A stretch of 64,000 nucleotides of DNA from an uncultured delta proteobacterium (GCA_963804165.1 CAWDPO010000015.1:96001-160000), one strand, 5' to 3'. Shown: positions 10,576 through 18,882, numbered from the stretch's first letter. The notes: generated by a model from the sequence alone, not told the origin. Numbers and translations are program-made.

Positions 10576-11310
10576 ATGGAACGGCTACAGAAGATTCTCG
10601 CCCGGGCGGGCTTGGCGTCCCGGCGCGAGGCAGAACGTTGGATTGTCGAAGGGCGCATCACGGTCAATGGCAGCGTTGTCCGCAAACTGGGCTCCCAGGC
10701 AGATCCGGCGAAAGACAGCATTAAAGTCGATGGCAAACGCATCAGACCGGCAGCGTCGCCGCTCTACTATGCGTTGCACAAACCGCCCGGCGTTATCACC
10801 ACGCTGAACGATCCCGAACACCGTCCCGATCTCACTCCATACCTGGCGCGCCTCGGCGAAAAAAAGCGGGTTTTTCCCGTCGGCCGCCTCGATTACAACA
10901 CGACCGGACTCTTGCTCCTAACCAACGACGGAGACTTGGCGCTACGGCTTGCCCATCCGCGCTATGGCGTCAAGAAACTTTATCGCGCAAAGTTAAGCGC
11001 CTGTCCAAGCGAAGATGATCTTGCCCGATTGCGCAAAGGGATTCGCCTGGAGGACGGTATGAGCGCACCAGCGCGAGCGCGAATCGTCGATAAGCTCAAA
11101 AAAAACGCTTGGGTAGAGATCGAAGTTCAAGAAGGACGCAAGCGCGAAGTGCGCCGCATGTTCGAGGCGTTGGGATTCTTTGTCGAGAAACTGATACGCA
11201 TTCGGATCGGTTCGGTTTCGCTCGGTCCCTTGCCACAAGGAGAACTGCGGCCGCTAAGCCAGATTGAAGTCAAATCGCTCAAGCGGGACGTCGGCCTCCA
11301 GCGCTCTTGA
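10576..11310 (+). CDS. rluB: rRNA pseudouridine synthase (RluB/RsuA family)
   Basis: S4 domain ERLQKILARAGLASRR, catalytic GRLD, EGRKREVRRMF; usual neighbour of scpAB. Confidence 0.9.
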   Translation: MERLQKILARAGLASRREAERWIVEGRITVNGSVVRKLGSQADPAKDSIKVDGKRIRPAASPLYYALHKPPGVITTLNDPEHRPDLTPYLARLGEKKRVFPVGRLDYNTTGLLLLTNDGDLALRLAHPRYGVKKLYRAKLSACPSEDDLARLRKGIRLEDGMSAPARARIVDKLKKNAWVEIEVQEGRKREVRRMFEALGFFVEKLIRIRIGSVSLGPLPQGELRPLSQIEVKSLKRDVGLQRS

Positions 11311-11343
11311 GTTCGATTGTCACCTGGTTGTTCACTAAAAACG

Positions 11344-11373
11344 AAAAGGGCGGTTTTTTGAACCGCCCTTTTT
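11344..11373. terminator. Bidirectional rho-independent terminator between convergent rluB and moeB
   Basis: AAAAGGGCGGTT-TTTTG-AACCGCCCTTTTT, 12-bp stem with A/T tails on both sides. Confidence 0.85.
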
Positions 11374-11398
11374 ATTCTTCGAAAAAACATTTCTCGGC

Positions 11399-12570
11399 TT
11401 AATGCCGCAAGCTGCAGAACTCTTCGTAATCGATTAGCTCCTTGATCGTCGGGTGATCGCCGCACATCGGGCAATTGGGATCGCGGCGCAGATTAAGAGT
11501 GTTGATCTCCATCGTCAGCGTGTTGAAGCAGAGCAAGCGGCCGATGAGATGATCGCCTTTACCCAGGATCAGCTTGATTGCTTCCAATGCTTCGATGACA
11601 CCGATCAGCCCCGGCAGGACGCCCAAGCACGCCCGCTTCGGCGCAGCTCGGCGCTAGCTCCGCCGGCGGCGGTTCCGGATAAAGACAACGATAGCAAGGA
11701 CCTTTTCCCGGGTAGAAAACCGACGCCTGGCCTTCAAACTGAAAGATGCTGCCGTGCACATTGGGCTTCCCTGTGAGCACGCAAGCGTCGTTCACTAGAT
11801 AACGCGTCGGGAAGTTGTCGCAGCCGTCGACCACAAAGTCGTAGTCTTTGATGATCTCCATGATGTTTTCTGACGTCAGCTTGGCTTGATAGGGGATCAC
11901 TCTAACGTCTGGATTCAACGCCTCGAGGGTTTTCTTGGCCGACTCGACCTTGGGCATGCCCACACGATCGTTGGCGTGCAGAATTTGCCTCTGTAAGTTG
12001 GAAACATCGACCACGTCATTGTCGATGATTCCTATCGTGCCTACTCCGGCGGCAGCCAAATAATAAGCCGACGGCGAACCGAGACCACCCGCGCCCACCA
12101 TAAGGACTTTCGCTTGCAGCAGTTTGGCCTGGCCCTCTTCGCCGACTTCAGGCAAGGAGAAAATGGCGGCTGTATCGGATCAATTGGTCCGGCGTGTATT
12201 GAAAATCCTGAACCCACTTGAAGCCGCCGTTCTTCCAGGCCGCATAGCCGCCGGCCATCGATGAAACGTTCTGGTAACCCATTTCCTTCATGACCTTGGC
12301 TGCGAGTAGCGAGCGCACGCCACCGGCGCAGTATGCAATGATCGGGGAATTTTTGTCGGGAACGGTGCTTTCTACTTTGATTTCAAGAAAACCTCGAGGC
12401 AGCGGCAGGGCTCCTTCCAGATGCCCCTGCCGCCATTCATCGCTTTCTCTAACATCAAGTAAGACAGGTGATTTCCCGTTATTTTTAAGTAACTCGTTTA
12501 CTTGTTGGGCGCTGACTTCCGGCACTTCCTTGCGTGCCTCGGCCATTATTTCTTGAAAGTTTTTGGCCAT
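11399..12570 (-). pseudogene. moeB: Rhodanese-MoeB fusion (molybdopterin-synthase adenylyltransferase, MoeZ-type) split into three ORFs by two +1 frameshifts (real or sequencing error)
   Basis: Rhodanese LDVRE...YCAGGVRS then RYSRHFLL|PEVGEEGQ junction at ~12152; GAGGLGS, CYRC, CAEAGVLG|VLPGLIG junction at ~11623; C-terminal CPMC. Confidence 0.88.
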
Positions 12571-12599
12571 AGTTCCTCCGAGATGGACCTTATGAGTCC

Positions 12600-12628
12600 A
12601 AGTTATGCACCGGCCCGATGAATGTCAA
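12600..12628 (-). promoter_or_regulatory. Putative sigma70 promoter of moeB
   Basis: Minus strand TTGACA-N17-TAACTT, ending 30 nt upstream of the moeB ATG, which has GGAGGA RBS. Confidence 0.55.
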
Positions 12629-12871
12629 GACGAGTGCCCGATATCCGTGAATGAGCGATGTCCAGCGGCGATGCGCAGCGCGGCAACCGTACGCCCATCT
12701 GGAGCCCCTGGTATGTTTGTAAACAACGTGATCAATTTACCGTCGCATCCCGGATTTCACAGGTGATCTCGCCGTCTTTTGTCTCTGAGTGAGATCCGAA
12801 TTCAAGGGCTGATTGTCTTGAGATTAGCTGGAAACTTTTGTCCACGTCAAGCTACCGTCGACAGTCCACCC

Positions 12872-13141
12872 TTATTTCTGCCGGACGAAGCCGCGCGATT
12901 CCAACTGCCTTGCGCAACCTTCGACCGCACCGGCAAGCACCGAAGGGTCGCTCCGCGCCAGCTGATCGCTCGCATTGCAAGCGAGTGTCTGGTTGGTTTC
13001 CGGATTGTACATTTTAATCGACAGCGGCCCTGTCGCTGAACTACAGCCGTGCAGAAATATTTCGATCGCTGCAGATAAACAGAAGAATAAGGCGGCTTGG
13101 CACGAGCCTCTGCGCGGGTGCGGCCGGCGGTCCGAGCTCAT
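12872..13141 (-). CDS. Small hypothetical lipoprotein
   Basis: Hydrophobic leader with LHGC lipobox-like motif; two further Cys; 89 aa from ATG 13141. Confidence 0.6.
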   Translation of the reverse strand: MSSDRRPHPRRGSCQAALFFCLSAAIEIFLHGCSSATGPLSIKMYNPETNQTLACNASDQLARSDPSVLAGAVEGCARQLESRGFVRQK

Positions 13142-13183
13142 CGTTCTTGAAGGCAATTGCCGAGATAAATAAATCATCGTTGA

Positions 13184-13213
13184 TTGACCCCACTTTGTGA
13201 TTGATGGTAACAA
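13184..13213 (+). promoter_or_regulatory. Possible native promoter of the tRNA-Arg locus, now upstream of the 5' tRNA fragment
   Basis: TTGACC-N18-TAACAA with TG at the extended -10 position, about 47 nt before the tRNA 5' fragment. Confidence 0.35.
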
Positions 13214-13258
13214 ATAGTGGAGTCTTCGACAAAGCAAATCGCATTGGACTGGCGTTGT

Positions 13259-13299
13259 GCGCCCCCGTAGCTCAGGTGGATAGAGCGCAGGATTCCTAA
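13259..13299 (+). repeat. att site: 41-bp direct repeat equal to the 5' half of tRNA-Arg(CCT)
   Basis: GCGCCCCCGTAGCTCAGGTGGATAGAGCGCAGGATTCCTAA identical to 18015-18055; identity ends at the end of the anticodon loop. Confidence 0.95.
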
Positions 13300-13807
13300 A
13301 AGTGCTCACCCGTTCAACTGAGTTCCTTTCCGTTCATATCAGCTAGAAAAATCAAGGTTTAAGTGAGTGCTGATTCAAGTCAGTTGACTTGTCTCAGGCA
13401 CAGCCTTGGCACAACTCACGGTGATTTTTCATGGCTGCTTTTCCAACACTCCAACAGACCGAATCGAGATGGCGCATAAAGAGGTTCGTAGAGAGAAGCC
13501 AGCGACCGGCATACTCGGCGCTCAGCGGCAAATCTTTTTCGAAGGCGAGGCTGAGTATCAAGAGCATTTGCGTTTCGGGCGCTGGCCGCGGACCGCGCCG
13601 AACTGGACGAAGTGACGCGGCGCGCCTTTCGTGAAGGTATGGCGGTAATCAAGAAAATCGATTTACCCGGAACCCGTATATCCGTGCCGAATAAAAGTTT
13701 GCCTTAGCTAGAAAAGCCAAGGCGCCCAGAGGCAAAGACCCCGGAGCGCCTTTGATCTTGTGCAACCGCGCCGACCAGAGCGCGATCAATGGAAAGGAGC
13801 AGGACGA

Positions 13808-14092
13808 ATGCAACATCAACCGAAACCCCGTCCCACGTCAACAATCGCGAAATCTGCGGCCATCACCGAGCAGCTTCAATCGAGGCTTCTTGGTAATGGC
13901 CGTTTTTTTTGCGGCCATTCGCTCATGGAAAGAGCCCCCGGAGGATACCCGACTGATGGGACTGCGACGCGGAGCACCGCGCAGTGTTCGTGGAGTCGAT
14001 GCGAACCAGAACCCGTGAGTGTGATTGTGAATTGGCTGATGCGAAGCGTTTTGATGGCTGAATTTTTTAATTCCCGTGGTGTCTCGGCGTAA
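13808..14092 (+). CDS. Hypothetical protein of the integrated element
   Basis: ATG at 13808 preceded by AAGGAG RBS; no recognisable motif. Confidence 0.3.
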   Translation: MQHQPKPRPTSTIAKSAAITEQLQSRLLGNGRFFCGHSLMERAPGGYPTDGTATRSTAQCSWSRCEPEPVSVIVNWLMRSVLMAEFFNSRGVSA

Positions 14093-14303
14093 GCCGGGGT
14101 CACCGTCCAAAGGGCGCCGGTCGAAACGAGATTCCGGCTGCTAACTTTCCAAGTTTTCCACCCATAGGAAACCTCTGGAGGGAACGAAACAAGGACGGTG
14201 GTTGGGGCCGGTGGGTGAGGTGGAGCCAGCCAGGAGCGAGCGCGGGGGGGTGGGGCAGAGGGTACCCGTTTATCCAGAATTCAGAAAATGGGGGACTTCT
14301 CCA

Positions 14304-14522
14304 GTGGAAAAAAAAGTTGAAGCCGAGATCATGTCGAAGCAAACCCTGCGCGGTGGGTGGACTCGTGGGCAGTTGGCCGAATGGGGAATTTGCTGGCCGC
14401 CACCGTCGCGATGGAAGGAATTGATGATCAAACACAACACGCTCGATTACGTGGAAGCGATGCATCGAGAACTCGATGCGGAATGCGACAACGCCAGGGA
14501 CAACGACCGATGGCAAAAATAG
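14304..14522 (+). CDS. Small phage-type hypothetical protein
   Basis: RGGWTRGQLAEWGICWPPPSRW motif resembles small phage/ICE proteins (from memory); GTG start. Confidence 0.55.
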   Translation: MEKKVEAEIMSKQTLRGGWTRGQLAEWGICWPPPSRWKELMIKHNTLDYVEAMHRELDAECDNARDNDRWQK

Positions 14523-14833
14523 TGATCAATAAAGTCCAAGAAGTTTTTGGCGGTGGCAGGGTCTGCGTCGAGGACAAGCCGTTATTTTGCCCGCACTGCG
14601 ATAGAGATCTGTTGAAGGAATATCGTCGCCTATACGACACAGCACCGGTAAGCGAACTGATCGCGCTCATAAAAAAACGCACGACAAGAATCGTAGAGCG
14701 GAAATGGCCGGATGGCCGGCGCGAGTGGCAATGTCACGGCTGCGGGCGATTAAGACAAATCTTGATACGGTATCAAAGGAAGGGAAGCGAAAATGAAAAA
14801 CGAGCCGATAGAGAAGTTGAAGTCATGGCGTGA
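14510..14833 (+). CDS. Hypothetical Zn-binding protein
   Basis: CPHC...CHGC pair; overlaps both neighbouring ORFs. Confidence 0.55.
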   Translation: MAKIVINKVQEVFGGGRVCVEDKPLFCPHCDRDLLKEYRRLYDTAPVSELIALIKKRTTRIVERKWPDGRREWQCHGCGRLRQILIRYQRKGSENEKRADREVEVMA

Positions 14834-14921
14834 CGTTTACAAAGTCCACCCAGCGGCGAGAACGGCAAGCCCGCTGCACTGGATCGGATTGAAGATGCTT
14901 TTGTTGTTTAACGCGGCGTAG
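14793..14921 (+). pseudogene. Probable truncated N-terminus of a phage ParB-like protein
   Basis: MKNEPIEKLKSWRDVYKVHPAA then loss of similarity; xVHPAA resembles the start of phage ParB-N-like proteins; good RBS. Confidence 0.35.
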
Positions 14922-15147
14922 CGGTAATGGCCGTTTAGTTGGCCGCCGAAATGATCCAAAGCAGCATAAGAATGCCAAATCCAGCTATTAGCAACAGGGA
15001 AATATCGAAATTATCTTTCATAAAATATCCCTCTGAGCCTGTGAAAACGCAACGTTTATGCCAGAAGACTTTCGGTGACAAATGAAGATAACCTGCGCTA
15101 CCGCGGGTAAACTTCGGGAAAGAAACTTGTTGAGTGAACCGGCAAAA

Positions 15148-15417
15148 ATGAGCGATCCGGCAAAAAACCCGTTTGATTTACTGCTCGATCAAATCCGCAA
15201 AGTGGTGCGTGAGGAGCTCGCGGCGGGAAACGGAAACGGTCATGGAAAACTGCTTACGGCGGAAGAGCTCGCGAAAGCTCTACAGGTTAATAAAGCGACT
15301 ATTTACGAATGGGTGAAGGCGGGAACGATTCCTTACTATCAATCGGGACGTTTCATTCGATTCAATTTGCATGAGGTATTGGAGAGCCAAAGAAACAAAC
15401 CGGAGAATCCCTCTTGA
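15148..15417 (+). CDS. Excisionase-like helix-turn-helix protein (HTH_17)
   Basis: LLTAEELAKALQVNKATIYEWVKAGTIPYYQSGRFIRF; upstream of the integrase. Confidence 0.88.
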   Translation: MSDPAKNPFDLLLDQIRKVVREELAAGNGNGHGKLLTAEELAKALQVNKATIYEWVKAGTIPYYQSGRFIRFNLHEVLESQRNKPENPS

Positions 15418-15443
15418 CGTGCTATAGACATTTTGCATATAGT
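15414..15443 (+). promoter_or_regulatory. sigma70 promoter with overlapping inverted repeat for the XRE-integrase transcript (probably leaderless)
   Basis: TTGACG-N18-TATAGT ending 8 nt before ATG 15452; no RBS; CTATA-N11-TATAG inverted repeat inside. Confidence 0.6.
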
Positions 15444-15451
15444 CGGTTTGC

Positions 15452-15637
15452 ATGTCAGCACGTGACTTTAAGAAGATGCGCTTAGCAAAAGGTTACAGCC
15501 AATCGCAGTTGGCCCGCGAGCTCGACGTGGCGGTTATGACCGTCTCTCGTTGGGAGCGTGGAGCAGTGCCAATCCCGCGCATGGCCGAGCTTGCGCTATC
15601 CGCATTGAAGCGAAAACCGAAAGGGAAGGGGGATTAA
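15452..15637 (+). CDS. XRE-family helix-turn-helix regulator
   Basis: FKKMRLAKGYSQSQLARELDVAVMTVSRWERG, HTH_3 pattern. Confidence 0.88.
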   Translation: MSARDFKKMRLAKGYSQSQLARELDVAVMTVSRWERGAVPIPRMAELALSALKRKPKGKGD

Positions 15638-16439
15638 ATCATGGCGGCTGTTTACAGGGTGGGTAAGAAGTGGCGGGCGGATTGGATCGATAATGAGGGC
15701 GTTAGGCATCGCCAACGATTCGAGACTAAAGGAGCGGCCGACGAACATCTTGATAGCATCAAGGCGAAGCTTCGGAACGGCACCTATGTTGCGCCGCAAA
15801 AGGTCTGGCTCTTTGGCGCCTTGGCCGATTCGTGGATAGCCAACCGGATTGAGCAGTCACGCACACCCGGCGCCGGCTATCGTCCCTCGAGCCTCGCACA
15901 GTGGCAAAGCCACGTCGCTCACATGAAGGTTTGCTTTGAGAACGAAAGGTAAACGCGCTCGATGCTAAGGCAATCGAACGAGCTATTGCAGTGTTTCAGT
16001 TGCCAAAAGAGCAGGGCGGCCGCGGACTGTCGCCGCGAACCGTCGCCAAAGTGCTCACCACCATGAGCCGGGTTTTTAGGTTCGGGATACGTAACCGTTG
16101 CGGCATTGAAGCGGATCCGACAAAACTAATCGAGCGGGTCAAGGAAAGTTCGGGCGAGCAGAACGAAACCGGCGAGGCTCTTTACAGCGGACTTCATGAA
16201 GTCACGGAAAAAGAGGTTTTGACTCCGCAGGAAACGAAGCAGGTTGTACTTGCAGCGAAGCCCGGGCTTTACCGGACTATCATTCAGACGGCAATCTATA
16301 CCGGCGCTAGAATCAGCGAACTACTTGCCCTCAGGTGGGCGGACGTGGATCTTGACCGCGGAATGGTCGCAATCCGGCGCACAGTGTCGACGGCGCGGGT
16401 AAAAGGGGAGACGGCAGGGGAGAGGCACCGCTGGTTTAA

Positions 16440-16957
16440 TCGCTGCGGGTTAATTCCCCGCAGCTTGCTGCGATATAGTGGCTCGTATGAGCCGATATAT
16501 CCATAAGAGTCATAATGTTTCAGTACTGCTGTATCACATTGTTTGTCCGGCTAAGTACCGCAGAGTGGTTTTTACACCACCGGTGGACCAAAAGGTCAAA
16601 GAGACCTGTCTGGAGATCAGCAAACGGTACGAGATGGCGTTTATTGAGATAGGGACAGACGAAGACCACGTGCACTTTTTGGTGCAGTCGGTGCCAGTGT
16701 ACAGTCCGAAGAAGATCGTGCAGATCATCAAGAGCATCACCGCCCGAGAAATCTTTAGGCTGTGCCCGGAAGTGAAGAAGAAGCTGTGGGGAGGAGAGTT
16801 TTGGAGTGACGGGTATTTCATGAGCACGGTAGGGCAGCATGGCAATGAACAGAGCATTAAAAAGTACATTGAGGGTCAAGGTTCACAGTACACGCAGCTG
16901 CACCGCCAACAACTCAGTCTTTTCTGATACCCCGCAGCTTGCTGCGGGGTAGTTCAT
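16440..16957 (+). mobile_element. IS200/IS605-family insertion sequence (tnpA only, about 518 bp)
   Basis: Follows TTTAA (16435-16439); left-end hairpin GCTGCGGG..CCCGCAGC; right-end hairpin ACCCCGCAGC-TT-GCTGCGGGGT then AGTTCAT; removal rejoins integrase codons TTT AAT CCC AAG (boundary ambiguous by 1 nt). Confidence 0.9.
16487..16927 (+). CDS. tnpA: IS200/IS605 family Y1 HUH transposase
   Basis: YHIVCPAKYRR, DHVHFLV (HUH), LWGGEFWSDGYF, IKKYIEGQ (catalytic Tyr). Confidence 0.96.
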   Translation: MSRYIHKSHNVSVLLYHIVCPAKYRRVVFTPPVDQKVKETCLEISKRYEMAFIEIGTDEDHVHFLVQSVPVYSPKKIVQIIKSITAREIFRLCPEVKKKLWGGEFWSDGYFMSTVGQHGNEQSIKKYIEGQGSQYTQLHRQQLSLF

Positions 16958-17349
16958 TCCCAAGACAAAGAAGGGGACCAGGGAAATTCCGGTCGCGGGT
17001 GAACCGATAACCGCACTCCGGCGTGGAAAGAGAAATGCCCAAAGAGCCGGCTGGATCTAGTGTTCTGCAACGAATTCGGCGAACCGTGCGACCGGACCGG
17101 AATCGGGCGTTACGGCTTGGCGCCGGCGCTCGAACAAGCAAATATCGAAAAGGCAGTCACCATGCATGGACTCAGGCATAGCTACGCGAGTATGTTGATT
17201 CTGCTCAAGCGGCCCATCACGGAGATTTCGGAATACTTGGGCCATGCGGATGTTTCAATCACGATGAGAGTCTACGCGCACTTCCTGAAGCAGAAGAAAC
17301 AGGATGCGATGAGCGATTTGGAAAGGTTGATTCAGAACGGTTAGATTAA

Positions 17350-17950
17350 ATGCCACAGCCGCTGATGGTGGGAAACCGTGTCGGGACCGGTCCAAATATT
17401 CTGTTGAAGCGAGCCGAGCTTGCGGCAGAAATCGGAAATATATGCGTAAACTGGAACCTGATCGAGAATACATTGATGCACCTGTATGCTCTAGTAATGG
17501 GAGATTACCAGCCTAAGTTGTCGGCGGACGTTATAGCGCAACTCGAACGCGAGGCCGGGACAAAATTGTATTTTCTCCCGTCGACGCACCCGGTAGGTCT
17601 CCAGATCTTTGAGGCATTAAATGCGTTTAATCCGAGACTTCAGTTTTTGGAAAAACTGCTCGTCTGGAGGGTTTCAAAGGAAAGGGTCAAATATTTCAGG
17701 GAAACCATCATGCCGCGTCTAAGAAAGCGCTTCGCCGAGAGGAGTCTCATAGCTCACGGACGCTGGGGTATCTGCGACAAGTACCCAGACGAGCTTATAC
17801 TCATGGCTACCTTTGGGACAAGCATGAGATATAAGAAGCGTGATCCAAGATGTGTCGAAACGGATCGTAGCTGATTATCAAATTCTTACTAAGTATAGCC
17901 AGGAACTTTATCAAAGCCGCATGCCCGCCCAGTCCGACGAAAAGTGTTAG
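17350..17950 (+). CDS. Hypothetical cargo protein, probably frameshifted near 17843
   Basis: 174-aa ORF ending at 17874; a second frame continues QDVSKRIVADYQILTKYSQEL to TAG at 17948-17950; contains RSLIAHG (RxxxxH, HEPN-like pattern). Confidence 0.55.
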
Positions 17951-18009
17951 GCACGCTAAGGCACAGTTTGACACGGGAGGAAAAAAATAGTTTGGTAACT
18001 AGCTGATAT
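17950..18009. promoter_or_regulatory. Putative integrase arm-type repeats and IHF site at the right end of the element
   Basis: GGCAC/GGCAC/GACAC at 10-bp spacing (17950, 17960, 17970), matching GGCACA x2 at 13397 and 13408; minus strand TATCAGCTAGTTA fits IHF consensus WATCARNNNNTTR. Confidence 0.6.
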
Positions 18010-18016
18010 TACGCGC

Positions 18017-18090
18017 GCCCCCGTAGCTCAGGTGGATAGAGCGCAGGATTCCTAATCCTGAGGCCACGCGTTCGAATCGCGTCGGGGGCA
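18017..18090 (+). tRNA. tRNA-Arg(CCT), CCA not encoded
   Basis: Acceptor GCCCCCG/CGGGGGC-A, D arm GCTC..GAGC, anticodon arm CAGGA-TTCCTAA-TCCTG, T arm ACGCG-TTCGAAT-CGCGT. Confidence 0.97.
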
Positions 18091-18141
18091 TTTTTCGGTC
18101 AACATGGCGTAGCGAAGAGTATTACGCAGGGAGTAGGCGAG

Positions 18142-18882
18142 ATGGCACTGTCGAGCAAAGATTTCGTTTTCGAGATACAGCGCATGGTGCGCGCTAAACA
18201 CTCCAAGGATCACCCCATTATTGGCATGATCGAAGAGGGCAAGCTCGACCGCGCGCAGCTCAAGGGCTTCGTCGGCCAATTCTATCTGTTTTTCCCCAAG
18301 CCGTTTCCGAAGCCAATCGCGGCGATGTTGAGCCGCTGCCCGGACGATCCGGAGATGGAAAAAATGTGGATCGAGAACGTCGTCGAAGAAGGGACGGGCG
18401 AGATCACGGGAACGGATAGCCACAAGGGACTGTTTATTCGGTTTGCCAAAGGCTGCGGATACAGCAAGGAAGAACTGGATCGCGTCGAACCGCTGCCGGA
18501 GACGGAGGCATTTCTCGACTGGCGCGAGCTATTGATGTATCAGCGAAGCTGGTTGGAGCTTTACGCCTGCCAAGGGTTTTGTCTCGAAGGCACCGCCGGC
18601 GAGCGCATGACGCGCATCGTCAACGGTCTAACGAAACATTACGGATTTGACCGGGAGTCGGACGATATTCGTTACTGGACGCTGCACATGGGGGTCGACG
18701 AAGAGCATATGAAGGTCGGTCCCTTCGCGGTGGAACGTTACGCCGTGAGCGAGCCCCAACAAGCGACGGTGCGCGCTTCGGTACAAAAAACCCTCGACCA
18801 GTTTTGGCTTGCTTTTGACGGCATCAAACGCGCCTTTGTCGACAAGGATCCAGTTTATGCCCGCTGGCGCAACGGCAAGTAA
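18142..18882 (+). CDS. Heme-oxygenase-like diiron enzyme (CADD/PqqC/TenA superfamily)
   Basis: N-terminal HP..., ENVVEEG...SH, CLEG and HMGVDEEH (HxxxDxxH) metal-ligand pattern. Confidence 0.85.
   Translation: MALSSKDFVFEIQRMVRAKHSKDHPIIGMIEEGKLDRAQLKGFVGQFYLFFPKPFPKPIAAMLSRCPDDPEMEKMWIENVVEEGTGEITGTDSHKGLFIRFAKGCGYSKEELDRVEPLPETEAFLDWRELLMYQRSWLELYACQGFCLEGTAGERMTRIVNGLTKHYGFDRESDDIRYWTLHMGVDEEHMKVGPFAVERYAVSEPQQATVRASVQKTLDQFWLAFDGIKRAFVDKDPVYARWRNGK

Larger units (their letters stand above)
15641..17344 (+). pseudogene. Tyrosine integrase interrupted by an IS200 element and two single-base frameshifts
   Basis: N-terminal arm-binding-like domain (WRADWIDNEGVRHRQRF), YTGARISELLALRWADVD, PKTKKG after the IS, HGLRHSYAS and LGHADVSITMRVYAH; frameshifts at ~15948 and ~17020. 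Confidence 0.92.
13259..18055 (+). mobile_element. Decayed tRNA-Arg-integrated element (prophage or satellite remnant), about 4.8 kb
   Basis: Bounded by 41-bp direct repeats; contains excisionase-like HTH, XRE HTH, tyrosine integrase pseudogene and small phage-like ORFs. Confidence 0.9.

Noticed and set aside
11399-12570. Programmed frameshifting in moeB
   Set aside because: No canonical slippery heptamer at either junction; two independent single-base insertions are better explained by error or decay.
15131-15166. 18-bp imperfect tandem duplication at the xis start (TGAGTGAACCGGCAAAAA / TGAGCGATCCGGCAAAAA)
   Set aside because: Only two units; most simply a local duplication making the start codon ambiguous, not an array.
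16440-16957. IStron or TnpB-carrying element
   Set aside because: No room for a group I intron or tnpB; the right-end hairpin follows the tnpA stop immediately.
17968-18001. TTGACA as an element-supplied -35 for the intact tRNA
   Set aside because: No -10 at 16-18 nt spacing (TAGTTT at 14, TAACTA at 22), and it overlaps the arm-type repeat; left unresolved rather than called.
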